A stretch of 64,000 bases of DNA from the human T2T-CHM13v2.0 reference genome, Homo sapiens: the NCBI RefSeq assembly GCF_009914755.1, contig NC_060931.1; one strand, 5' to 3'. The notes under the pieces were generated by a model that was not told where the DNA came from, did not search any database, and worked only from the letters and a program-made list of their open reading frames with translations. Positions 1 to 11,616 of this stretch are shown here, piece after piece. Each line of letters begins with the position of its first letter. Positions within the stretch are counted from its first letter, which is position 1. The position numbers were made by a program, and so were the translations under genes.

Positions 1-369
1 CTGACAACTGAGGCATGCAGGAAAGCCCTCTGGTTATTCTTTTCACCACACCTGAAAGACATGTGGTTGTATCCCAGACTGTTTATTTTTCCTCCATGTA
101 TACTTTATCTTGGAGCAAGCATCTGCCCTTATAGTGTAAACTATTACTAGCATTCTTATAGCTGTCCTCTTCACTTCTTTCCTGATCATGAGTCCTTTAG
201 CTACAGAATATTCATATTTGTTTGTGCTTTGTTTTTATTTATTTTGGTACTTTTTACATTTTATTTTGCTTAAATGCAGCAAAATAATACAAAACAAAAA
301 TTCAAGCCATGCATTTAAAAATATTTCTCCTACTAAGCCTAAATCATTATTATTCAGGTTTGACTCTCT

Positions 370-900
370 CCATTTATGTTGATTCAATTTATTACTTGAG
401 ACCCTATTATTACCAGGCCATGTGCCAAGGGAAGGAAACACAAAGAACAATTTCAGGGAACTCATAATCTAGTGAAAAAGAAAAATATGTAAATAAATGA
501 TTATAATGTAAAAAATATATAATGATCAAAATATATATGAGGCAAAGAGGTAGCACAGAGAACAGGGAGATTGATTCAGTATGAAAAGTGTGAAAGAAGG
601 CTTAGAAAAACAAGAATCATCTGAACTTGGCTTCGAAGAATAAAGAGGAGCTTATTAGGTAAGTTAGGAAGGAGAAGAACTCCAGGCAGAATAGCAATAG
701 GCGTGTGAAAAGGAGTACAGATATGAAATTGCATAGAATCCTACCAGATATACAAGTAACTCAGTATTGCTAGAATGTAAAGGAGTAACAAAAGCAAGGA
801 CTTGAGAAATAAGTGGCAAGGGCCATTTCATACATGGCGTGTGGGGCCCCGGTGAAGTACTTGCAATTTACCTTCTAAGCTAAATGGAGCAAGCTTGTGA
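370..900 (-). mobile_element. Degenerate L2 fragment
   Basis: Resembles the L2 3' end in antisense (attcaatttattacttgagacc...gaactcataatctagtg); boundaries approximate. Confidence 0.45.
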
Positions 901-1614
901 GGCAGAGAAGTCACACATTCTGCAATGAGCAGGCAGTGGAGAGTGAACCATAAAATAACAAGAAGACAAATTAAAAGGCAGAGGTCAAGTTAAAGACTAT
1001 GACTGAAAAACTTCCATGTTAGTAACACAGAAAAAAAATTCCTCTGCCCTTCAATTTTTTTGAAACCCATGGAAAATGACAGGGAGGATGAGAAATGGTA
1101 AAGGAAATACCCTCTTTGATTAAACTAGGTATTTATAAGCCCAAACCATCATACATGAAGAAGAGCTACCAAGTACAGTAAAAATAGAGCTAAGTTTTAG
1201 GGAAACAGATAATTTTGATTTTAGTCAGCTAAAGAGATATAAACTATTTCATACACAACAAAATCTATGGCAGAAAGCCTTCCACTTTGAGCCAGGGTGT
1301 TCTGCTAGCCAGAAGTAGACCCAAACCTAGAAGAGGATGCTGATAAGCAAAAGTTTGAAGATAACAGAGACAAAGTCAAACTTAAGAGCAGCACACCAAA
1401 TCACTAAGACCGACCATCCATCCCAAACTAGAAGCTCAAAAAAAAAAAAAAAAAACTCACCCAATGCAAATATTACAAGTAATAACAGAAAAGAACCAGC
1501 ATGACATCTATGCAAAAATACCAGAGGAGAACACAAAACACAGGCAAAGAACACACTAAAAAGATGATGGCATAAAGCAGATAAAAATGATTAATAAATC
1601 TTCGTGTAATTTAG

Positions 1615-1802
1615 AAATGGAGGGAAGGAAGGAGGGAAGGAGAGAGGGAGGGAGGGAAGGAGTGAGGGAGGGAGGGAAGGGGAAGGGAAGAAGGGAGGGA
1701 GAGAAGGAGGAGGGAGGGAAGGAAGGGAGGGAGGAAGGGAAGGAGGAGGGAGGGAAGGAAGGGAGGGAGGAAGGGAGGGAGGGAAGGAAGGGAGGTAGGG
1801 GT
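1615..1802. repeat. Polypurine (GGAA/GGGA)n microsatellite
   Basis: About 190 bp almost entirely G/A. Confidence 0.95.
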
Positions 1803-1989
1803 AAATACAGCATTTGTGAAATGTAAACTTAAAGAAGAAAAATGATCAAGAAATAGTTACAGGGAGGCAAAAAGAGCAAAAGTCTGCCCAGAGTCTTTGA
1901 ACTAGTTGTTATTAAAGAAACTTGTGGCTTTTTCCACTGTGGTACCACCGCACTAGGAAAAAAGATTAAGAGAAGATAAATAATAATTA

Positions 1990-3455
1990 AAAATCTATTA
2001 AGATATGAAACATTGATGAAAGAAATTGAAAAAGATACAAATAAATGGAAAGACATCTCTTTCTCATGAATTAAAATAATTAATATTGCTAAAATGTTCG
2101 TATTTTAAGCAACCTAGAGATTCTACGTAATTCCTATAAAAATACCAAAGACATTCTTCACAGATTAGTAGAAACAATCCTAAAACGTGTATGAAACCAC
2201 AGAAGACCCTGAATAGCCAAAGCAATCTAGAGCAAAAGAACAAAGCTGGAGCCATCACACTACCTAACCTCAAAATATTTGACAAAGCTACAGTAACCAA
2301 ATCAGCATGACACTGGCATAAAAACAGACAAATAGAACAATGGAACAGGATAGAGAGCCGGAAAATAAATCTACATGTTTATAGCCAACTGATTTTCAGC
2401 AAAAGCTCCAAGAATACATAATAAGGAAAGGACAGTCTTTTCAATAAATAGTGTTGGGAAAAGCATATATCTAAATGCAGAAGAATATAATTAGACTCTT
2501 ACTGCACACCATGTGCAAAAATCAACTCAAAGTGGATTAAAGACTTAAATGTAAGTCCCCAAACATGAAACTGCTAGAAGAAAACAGAAAAGCTCCACGA
2601 CATCGGTCTGGGCAATGATTATTTTGGACATGACCTCAAAAGTACAGGCAACAAAAGCGAAAATAGAGAAATGCGATTACCTCAAATTCAAAAGCTTCTA
2701 CACAGCAAAGGAAACAATCACCAGAGCAAAGAAACAACCTACATAATATGAAGTTTCCTCAAAAAACAAAACAAAAATAGAACTACCATATGATTCAGCA
2801 ATCATAAGGTAAATATTAAAAGTAAGTATTAAAAGAATGTGAAACCAGCATGCTGAAAAGATAGCTGCATTCCCACATTTATTACAGCACAATTACCAAT
2901 AGCCAAGATATGGAATCAACCTAAGTGTCCATCAACGTACAAATGGATAAAGAAAATGTGGTATATATACACAATGAAATACTAGTCAGCCATAAAAAAA
3001 AGGAAATCCTGTCATTTGCAACAACATCAATGAACCTGAAGGATATTATGTTAAGCTAAATAAGCCAGGTAGAGAAAGACAAATACTGCATGTCTCACTC
3101 ATGTGGAATCTAAAATGTTGATTTCACAGAAGTAGAGAGTAGAATGGAGGTTACCAGAGGCTGGGGCATTTCGGGGTGAGGGAGATGGGAGACATGCTCT
3201 TCAAAGTAGACAAAGTTACAGTTAGATAGGAAGAATAGTTCAGGAGATTTATGGTATAGCATGCTGACTATAGTTAAGGATGATACACTGCATTCTTAAA
3301 AAATGCTAAGAGAGTAGATGCTAAGTGCTCTCACAATAAAATTTATAACTATGCATGGTAATGCATACGTTAATTAGCTACATAATTAATGGTTATATAT
3401 ATTTCACATCATGTTGTATACAACACATAATAATTTTATGTCAATTTTAAAATTA
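1990..3455 (+). mobile_element. L1MA-type LINE 3' fragment (ORF2 end and 3'UTR, internal deletion near 2745)
   Basis: gatacaaataaatggaaagacatc, caaagctacagtaaccaaa, tggaatcaacctaagtgtccatcaac and an L1MA-like 3'UTR. Confidence 0.9.
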
Positions 3456-3469
3456 TTTTTAAAGAACTA

Positions 3470-3802
<333 letters not shown>

Positions 3803-4196
3803 TTAATTATATACATATCTTTATATATACACATATATATATATTTTACTTTGGATTTACTCTTCCATGAATCTTGATCTGAATATTTGCTGGTGAAAGT
3901 ACCCTTCCCAATATTAACCCTGCTTATGAGAATATCCATATTGTCTCTAAAATAAAGACAACTTTTCAAACTAGCATACACAGAGAAACTTGGAAAAAAA
4001 GGGAAGCTCTTGGAAAACAAAATGCTATTTTAGATAGAATATTATGTAATTTAACTGGTAAAAATTAAAATATTTTCATACTGAAACCAGCACAGTCATA
4101 TTATGTATCCAAAAGCAAAAGTCCCTTGAATTTTTAAAGTCACAAACTTCGAAAACAAACAAACAAACAAAAAATAAAACAGGACAAAACAGATAT

Positions 4197-4574
4197 CTGT
4201 GTTTGAGGCAGTCAGCTTCAGACAAGTCTCCAGGTTCCCAAGAAGTAAGTTTGTTCCTCTGGAACGGAGTGTTGTCATGGCAGTCTGAATATATGAAATT
4301 ACCCAACTAAACACAGCTATAATATCTTGGAATGAATCATTTTATTAGATTAATATATAGAGATATCACAAATCAGGGAACAAGACATTCAGCACATATT
4401 GGCTAGTGGCTGCTGCATTACAGACAGCACTCTATCTAAACTCAAGCATCTCTAAGAAACTCAAAGATACTTTTTTTAGATTGCCTTCAATCCACAAATT
4501 TTCCTTCAAAGCCTTTTATCTTTCTAGTAGATCGATTACAAGGCTTAAGGGCACTGAAAAATGTGCCCAGTTTT
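4197..4574 (-). pseudogene. Candidate decayed DGKI exon (378 nt, 3n), donor degenerate
   Basis: Strong acceptor ttgcttttatgtattgctcttttgctggtag|A; phase-2 frame KLGTFFSALKPCNRSTRKIKGFEGKFVD*...LGNFIYSDCHDNTPFQRNKLTSWEPGDLSEADCLKHR; ends AG|atatct (AT instead of GT); 8 internal stops. Confidence 0.3.
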
Positions 4575-5158
4575 CTACCAGCAAAAGAGCAATACATAAA
4601 AGCAAATGAGTATTATATTTGGGAAGGCAAAGGACTTTATAAAGTATTGCACCTCTTATGATGTTTTATCGTTTTTAGTCAATAAACCTGGAAATGAAAT
4701 AATGGGTGTCATGACTATTTCAGTCTTTATATCTGGTATAATATACTTTACAATAGGTTTTAGATATGTGCATTTTCTTGGTAAGCTCCATGAAATGATC
4801 AAAACTTACAAGCTGATCCTAATACAATATCCTTTTCATTTCAATAACACTGTCCAGTTTTCTTTCTTTTTATTTTTTTAGACTCTATGCATATTTTGCT
4901 TTATTTATTTTTTTTCATCATCTCATGGCTTTAATTTAAAAGCACCCATGGCCTTCCTACTTGGCCCTTCCTCAGAATGGCTACATCATTTCCTTCTTTG
5001 GAGATAGGATGTCAATAGATTATCCATTAGTCTTTCCTAAAGAACAGAGGATAGATTAGATAAATATTGGGGATGCCTCTATATGGGACTCTTACTTTCT
5101 GTAAAGAAACATCTACAAATGAATGTCTATCTCTATTCCGTGTCCCCAACACATATAC

Positions 5159-5431
5159 CTTCTACTCAGCACTGCTAAACCATCACCTGGTGGGGAGTTG
5201 GCCAAGGGATGGGGCCACCACATAGAGATGGGCTTAAGATAAACATGCAGGACAGGTGTGACAGCAGAGTTTAAATAGGCACAAGAGCATAGATTCATAT
5301 TCTGAAAACACTCAGCAGTGGGATTCCCCAGGACCACAGACTATGGATCGAGTAGAAGAGGTGGGAGACACTCATCCAATTCACGGGCCTGACTGAAATA
5401 GCCAAGGCCCCTTCATTTTCTGGCTACCATC
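5159..5431 (-). pseudogene. Candidate decayed DGKI exon (273 nt, 3n, phase 2-2)
   Basis: Acceptor ctttgtttccttttcttattgcag|G, donor AG|gtatat; only 2 stops in 90 codons (TGA 5415-5413, TAG 5343-5341). Confidence 0.5.
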
Positions 5432-5852
5432 CTGCAATAAGAAAAGGAAACAAAGCGGGAATGCTGGGCAAGCTAGACACCGTGCTCCTTCTACACCCTA
5501 CACAGCACACTACAAATAAGTACACCACTCCTTATTGTGAAGTTCTTGTTGGGGAACAAAGCAGCACACGTATGTCCACACACTGAAAACAACTCACTAT
5601 ATGCGTATTTTATTCAATTTCCCTTTCATGCCTGTCTTTCCTCTTTACTGTCTAGCTTTGGGGATGAGAACCACAGCAAAAAGACCACTTTCTATAAACA
5701 TCAGGTGATGATCCATCCTACTTAGGAAGGGAAAGAGAAGCTCTTAATGTCAGCTCTGAATGTTCTTTCTCTGTCGTTTCAGTCATTTACTTGTATTTCT
5801 TTTTCCCTCTCCTGACCACAGCCCTGAGAGTTTCCTGGACTTTCTCATTTAC

Positions 5853-6539
5853 CTTTGTCACAGTTGGGTGGAATCCAGTCTTTCCTGGATAGAACAGCCT
5901 CCCATCATGTGCTCACACCTTTTTCCTATGGTGAACATGTAAGAATGTTCATGCCTGGTCAGCATTCCCCAGGTTCCACTTTCCTCCCTGCTTCTTGAGC
6001 CATGATGCTTGTCCTCTGTTACACTCCTACGTAGTCCCGAATGAAAACCGATTTCCCAGTTGGGCATTCTCTCCAGGCACATTTCAACGGTCTGCATCAC
6101 AACTGCAGAAACCTCATCTTTTTCTTCTGTTTTACCGTGAAGTGGTGATGCTACACAAATTCCATCTATTTCCTAAAACTGTTGGTAGACAAGAATCTTC
6201 ATTCAAATCAAGTGAGCAAAGGTATGATTTACTGTGCTGTGAAAGCATGGCTGCAGATTATCATCTCTGTGCAATAGCTTTCTTCCCTTGAGCATCTCTC
6301 AAGGGTGCATTGCCTATCCTGGAGAACTAGTTTGCCAGGCCTATGACATCATTTGGAGGACCCAAGGGAGAAAGAATGAGACCATGGATCTGTGTGACAT
6401 CTTCACCATTATCACTCTAGCCCCAAAGCATCTCTAATTAGGTAAAATAGGACCAGAAATCCCACAGCACTGCAAATCTCCATCGACTACATAATCCTCT
6501 CTTTGTTTGCTTTTGGTCCTTCTAATTGTGAATATTTCT
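5853..6539 (-). pseudogene. Candidate decayed DGKI exon (687 nt, 3n, phase 2-2)
   Basis: Acceptor ctcttttactgtatgtgctttgttcactgttttaag|A, donor AAG|gtaaat; ORF-track ORFs 6434-6697 and 5858-6100 share the frame required at both ends; stops cluster in the middle. Confidence 0.5.
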
Positions 6540-7029
6540 CTTAAAACAGTGAACAAAGCACATACAGTAAAAGAGAGCAGGCGAGAATGAGAGTGAGAGA
6601 TGAAAGTTACAGCAAACACACAGAGTGGCATTGAAATGAGAGAAAGACAAACACATTCTCTATTCAAGTGGTCACAAACCCATTCAGGGAATGCCAAGCA
6701 GCCTCAAAGGTAACATTCATGACCAACAGAGGGAAGGGGTGCAGAAAGAGCAAAATGAAAGGAAGAAGACAGAGATGAGCATTTGTGTGGAGGGAAGGAA
6801 ATCATTTCCAGCATGTAAATAATAAAGGCTGCTTGGTGAGTTCCTCATTTGATACAAATTTCTACCAATTCCCTTTATTATCATAATTTCCCAGTCTTTA
6901 AGACTCACCTACCCAAATATATGCCTTGATGACCCCCATGTGAGCTGGGCTTGAAATATCTTGTTTTTTTTTTTTTTAAATAGATTCCTATATTTAGATA
7001 TATTTGGCTTTTAGAAAATAGCACTGTTG

Positions 7030-7305
7030 AGGTTGGGGAGATATTGGTCAAAGGACGTATAATTACAGTTCAGCAGACTAAGTTCAAGAGATCCATTGTA
7101 CAACATGGTGACTTTGGTTAATGATGATATAATATATTCTTAAAAAATGCACAGAGAGTGCATATTAAGTGTCCTCACCACAAAAATAACTGTGTGATGT
7201 AATGCATTCATTGATCAGCCAGGTTTAGCCATTCAACAATGTATACGTACTTCAAAAAATCATGTTGTACACAATAAATATATGCAATTAGTCAATTAAA
7301 AAGTC
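7030..7305 (+). mobile_element. L1MA 3'UTR fragment
   Basis: ggagatattggtcaaagga...ttgtacaacatggtgact...catgttgtacacaataaata. Confidence 0.85.
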
Positions 7306-7792
7306 TAAAAACTAATTTTAAAAAAACGCTGTTTTACCTTTAGCATTTACAATTCCATACTTTCTGTATACCCTCCTCAGTTTGCTGAGTCGCCTGAATG
7401 TCTTTCGAGTATAAAATTTTACTGCCACCTACTGTTAACTTTTAAGAACTGCAACAAAATGAGGGCAAAGCAGTTTGAAATGTGAGAGATTGAGGAAGAA
7501 TGGGCGACAGTGGACACAGAAAAGAAATAGATAAAATAAAGAGATGAAGTTGGAGAAAATAATACTTCACAAGCTTATTTATCCTGACGATGTAGCCATC
7601 ACATTTTAGCATTCTGTAGACAAAATGAAAAAAGAAATAATTAAACCCAGCACAGTTGTGAAGCAATAAAGGATGGGTGGCTTGCCTTTAGAAATCAGTC
7701 TCTGCAATATAGTTGCCAGCCCACTTTCTAAAAAAAAGGGTGAAGAAATAGAAAAGGCACATTATTCTAAAATCCAGACAACGGAGACATAC

Positions 7793-8363
7793 CCGGAGAG
7801 CCAGGAGGAAGGACCCTTTAGAAAAAGCCAAGCTGCCAGCTTTATCCTAGTGACTCTGGGAACCCCGGCCAACAGCTTCTGTTGAGACATAATCCATCTG
7901 GATTTTGTAAATGTGGACTTCTTTTTTTTCTTTTTAAGCATAAGTTGAAACATGAGGGAGCTCTGGATTGTGAAGGCAAGTCACATGAGAGCCACGTTTA
8001 GTCTTAGCACGTGGGGCTTATAAGCAAGGCACCTCACTTATCTCGTGATCCCGGATATGCAATATCTCCCTGTGGTAATTGAGTAAGGGCTCAGCCACAG
8101 CTACTTATTTTTAGGAAATCCAAATAAGGACTTCTGATCCCAGTTTTAGAAAATGGGAGACAAAACTAGGCGGGGTTGGAAGCTGGTTTGGCACCTCTGA
8201 AGATAACTGTAACATACCCCAGAAGCTTTCTGACAACATCTCCTCCCACCCCACCCTTCTCAGGAGAGGGTGGGAACAGAATCTAAACATTGTCTGCTTC
8301 CTCCTGACTCTAATGTGTCTAAGGACAAGAGAGTTTCTCAGTTATAGATCAGTTCGAGGAGCT
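7793..8363 (-). pseudogene. Candidate decayed DGKI exon (571 nt, frameshifted)
   Basis: Acceptor ttatattttttttcacag|A, donor CGG|gtatgt (phase 2 in the frame of ORF 7762-7953). Confidence 0.3.
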
Positions 8364-8548
8364 CTGTGAAAAAAAATATAATGAATGCAGATAAATCATA
8401 GTAATATTGAAAACAAGAAATTAAAATGGGCTCGACAGACTGTGAGAATAATTCAGTGACTCCAGTGTTAGATATTAAGAACTGCTATGTACTTAACTCT
8501 ATTCCAAGAGCTGTGGGAGGTACTTAACTTAAAACATTCCATTCCCAC

Positions 8549-9021
8549 CTTTAAGGAGCTTGTAAGGGAGTCATGGAGTAAGACCAGCATCTCACAGAGT
8601 ATTGGAGAAAACTGTTGGAGGATTGTTGTTCTTATGTGTGATGCCTGGCACAATCATCCAGAAAAGTTAAAAAAAAAAAGGGGGGGGGGGGCGGGGAATG
8701 TGGTCTCCATCTCCCTGAATTCCAAATAAGTAGTGCTAGCATGGTGTGGAGATATCTCTTGTTCTGATCTTCTTAGAGTAGGGGGTTCAGAGGACCCCAG
8801 AAGTACCGCAAAGAAGTCCCATGCCCGATATAACTCCCCAGCCACCACCATTTCCAGTGATAATATGACATCCCTCTCACATTCCTCAACTCCACACTGA
8901 ACATGGTAAGTGATTACTGCTCCACATCCCAGCAACTTGAGATTTGCAAGCGAATTTTTTTGAAAATATTTCAAAATGATCACTCTTTCACACTTTAGAT
9001 CTGTTTAATCAAATTATTCAC
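8549..9021 (-). pseudogene. Candidate decayed DGKI exon (473 nt)
   Basis: Acceptor ctcttgttttctcagtgtatctgtcttag|G, donor AAG|gtggga; ORFs 8654-8983 and 8468-8653 are one frame split by a single TGA. Confidence 0.35.
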
Positions 9022-9852
9022 CTAAGACAGATACACTGAGAAAACAAGAGTGTTGGTGGAAGTTGGAGAATGCAGCCGGGGACCAACAGTTTATTTTGGA
9101 GGTGAATGCCTGGGAAACAATTCTTCCTTGCCACTCTACCTACCACTGTGCTCACCAACAGTGCCTACAACTTCCTATACCGACCATACTTACCTTTTAC
9201 TTTCTCGCTTGTGAAATACCAACATTTCTCCAAGTCAGGCATTCAGGTGTGTCTTTATTATTTTGATCTGTGAATTCCCTGGATCCAGCATACTTATATT
9301 CAAATTTGAAATATATAAATGGAACCCACAGCCTAACAAAAATGGTCAACATTTTACATATTATTTTGTTATCACTATTATTTTGTTATAATTTGATAAG
9401 TACTGGGTTTAGTATAGCAATATAAATAGACACGTATTTATTTTGGTTTGACAAAGCACCTTTTCTATCAAGGGATGTTCTATGAATGGAACATCCTTCT
9501 ATTCATCCCAAAAGCCTGCCTTGTTGGATGCCTACCATTTTAGGTATGGTGCAAAGTGCTATGGAGACAGAGGGAGAAATGCACAGTTTGGTCATCCAAG
9601 GAACTCACATGCTTTAAAGAGGGATCCAATCAATACTGCCTCACATTCACAGTATTCCTGAAGTGTGAATAAATATGGCTGCCAGCTTTTACAAATGTAA
9701 AAAGAGAGCCACTTAACACTAATATTTCCTCATACTCTAATCATTGGCAAAACTTGGAACTCATGGCAATGAAGGGCGAGAATTTCCTGGGATTATTTCA
9801 AATAAAATGGATGTTTAACATTAAAGTAAGTTTGTTTGTTTTTCTTTCAATG

Positions 9853-10837
9853 TCAGTCAAAATAAGATCTGGTACACAGGGAACTCTGTTCTAACTCTTC
9901 CACTAACTGAACTTGGAAAGGTAAATTTAAATCCATTTCCTCCGAGTGGTTTAGGGCCTCCATATGCATAACTGATTGAGGAACAATTCTAAAAATAACA
10001 AAGGCAAATCTCTTATTAAATATTTCACACACCCATAGGAATAGAGTGTTATTATGTGCTTGCCAAATAGAGTAATTCACCAAGTCATTTCAAACTCAAG
10101 GTAAGTCAAGAAGAAAAAGAAGAAGGAAGACATATGTCAGCTATCCTGTATTTTTCCAGCTGGAATGAGTATCCGGGGTGAGCAAGATTGAGCCCAGTCA
10201 AAGGTAAGCAGGGATGTCAAAGGTAGGTAGAAACGGGACCCAACTATCTCAGTGAAACAGATGCCAGGAGCCATCTTTATCCTGACAGCACTGATTTCAT
10301 CTCTAAGATATATTTCAGCAAAACCTGCATCCCACTAAGAAGATTAATTTTCTCCCGCTTATCTGATTGTGAAGCTGAAAGAATATTTCCAAAATCAAAA
10401 TCGCTGTCCAACAGTCTGTCTTCCTGTTGAGAACCTGAAACTTTCACAATAAGCACAATTACCCTTTTTATTAGGTTCAGGCCATAACCTAATGTTCCCA
10501 GAAGAAACTGAATAAAGAAAATAGTTGAGGACCAGAGGGGAATGATGTTGTTTCTCCCATAATCAGCTTAGAACATCTGAGTTTTCAGAACACAGGAGGT
10601 CTCCGGGCTTTATCTTCTCGATATAGTGATTCAGAATTGCAATTGCAGACTATACTAAAAAGGCCAGTTTTTCAGTTTAAAGTATTATTAGGTATCTTGG
10701 TATCTCCAAATAATTTCTCGGTTGTCCAAATTTCCTTGAGCACACATAGCATATGGAGAGGTTGAACTACCATTGAATGTTTTCCATTATTTGAGAGATA
10801 TTTCTGGTTTACACAATGAGGAAGGACAAATACTTAT
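9853..10837 (-). pseudogene. Candidate large decayed coding segment (3' end uncertain; possible donor at 10463)
   Basis: Acceptor gtattttcttcattttttacatgtgaacag|A (phase 2); protein-like runs ESLYREDKARRPPVF*KLRCSKL, SGSQQEDRLLDSDFDFGNILSASQSDKREK, EALNHSEEMDLNLPFQVQLVEELEQSS in shifting frames. Confidence 0.3.
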
Positions 10838-11009
10838 CTGTTCACATGTAAAAAATGAAGAAAATACACATAGAACACTTAATAAGCCTATTTTTTTTCT
10901 TTGAGGCTGACATTTTCGTTAATTCTTTAAATATTCATCATTTCTAGGGTCAAAAAAGTTAAATCTAAAAAAAAAAGCAGCAAATTATATTTCCTCTTGT
11001 TTCCAGAAC

Positions 11010-11200
11010 ACTCTATGCATATATCCATAATAGCACTTATTAGAAGGAACTTTAATAATTGGTTTAATATTTCCCCTTTAAATATAAGCTCTTCAAGGGC
11101 AATAATTATTTCTTCTTTAGTTGTATATCTTCAGTGCCTGACTTCAGTCACTGAAGGTGCCCAATACTGATTTGTTCAATACACGATTGACTGAATTGTT
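11010..11200 (+). mobile_element. L2 3' end fragment
   Basis: tagcactta...aagctcttcaagggca...gtatatcttcagtgcctg. Confidence 0.55.
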
Positions 11201-11355
11201 TACCCTATTTCTTAGGGTAATCACAATGAAATCACAAATCAGACCTCACACATTATAGTTAAACATTTGATAGCATTATCTTTCCTTGAAGACAGAAATC
11301 CTCTGCCAATCATAAAAACCCATTAGCCTTGTGCAGCTGATCGGGTACCAGATAC

Positions 11356-11553
11356 CTGCCTAGACACAATTATCTGGATTGAATATCTACCCTCGGTGTG
11401 GTTCACTACACTGTTTCCCCTGTGTCTTAGTCTAGTGGCAAGATATTATTTGTGTGACAGTCCATTTTAGTTCTTTCAGGACTAGGACTTGGGGACATTG
11501 AGAAAAAGTACAACTCTTTCAGTCATTTGGGGGTTTCTTACGAACTACAAAAT
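11356..11553 (-). pseudogene. Candidate decayed DGKI exon (198 nt, 3n, phase 2-2)
   Basis: Acceptor cctttttccggttcttag|A, donor CAG|gtatct; frame includes LKELYFFSMSPSPSPERTKMDCHTNNILPLD; 6 stops. Confidence 0.4.
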
Positions 11554-11616
11554 CTAAGAACCGGAAAAAGGTTACTCTGATTCAGAAACAAAAGCAGTGT
11601 CTCCTAGACCCTTTAC

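Noticed and set aside
1110-1327. Minus-strand acceptor catcctcttctag|G as another fossil exon
   Set aside because: No phase-compatible donor and an unconvincing frame
1556-1826. ORFs rich in P/S/F or E/G/K/R
   Set aside because: Translation of the GGAA/GGGA microsatellite
5761-5945. Strong plus-strand acceptors (5782, 5821) with a gtaaga donor at 5939, suggesting an antisense exon
   Set aside because: No supporting partner exons, promoter or poly(A) site visible; pyrimidine tracts alone are insufficient
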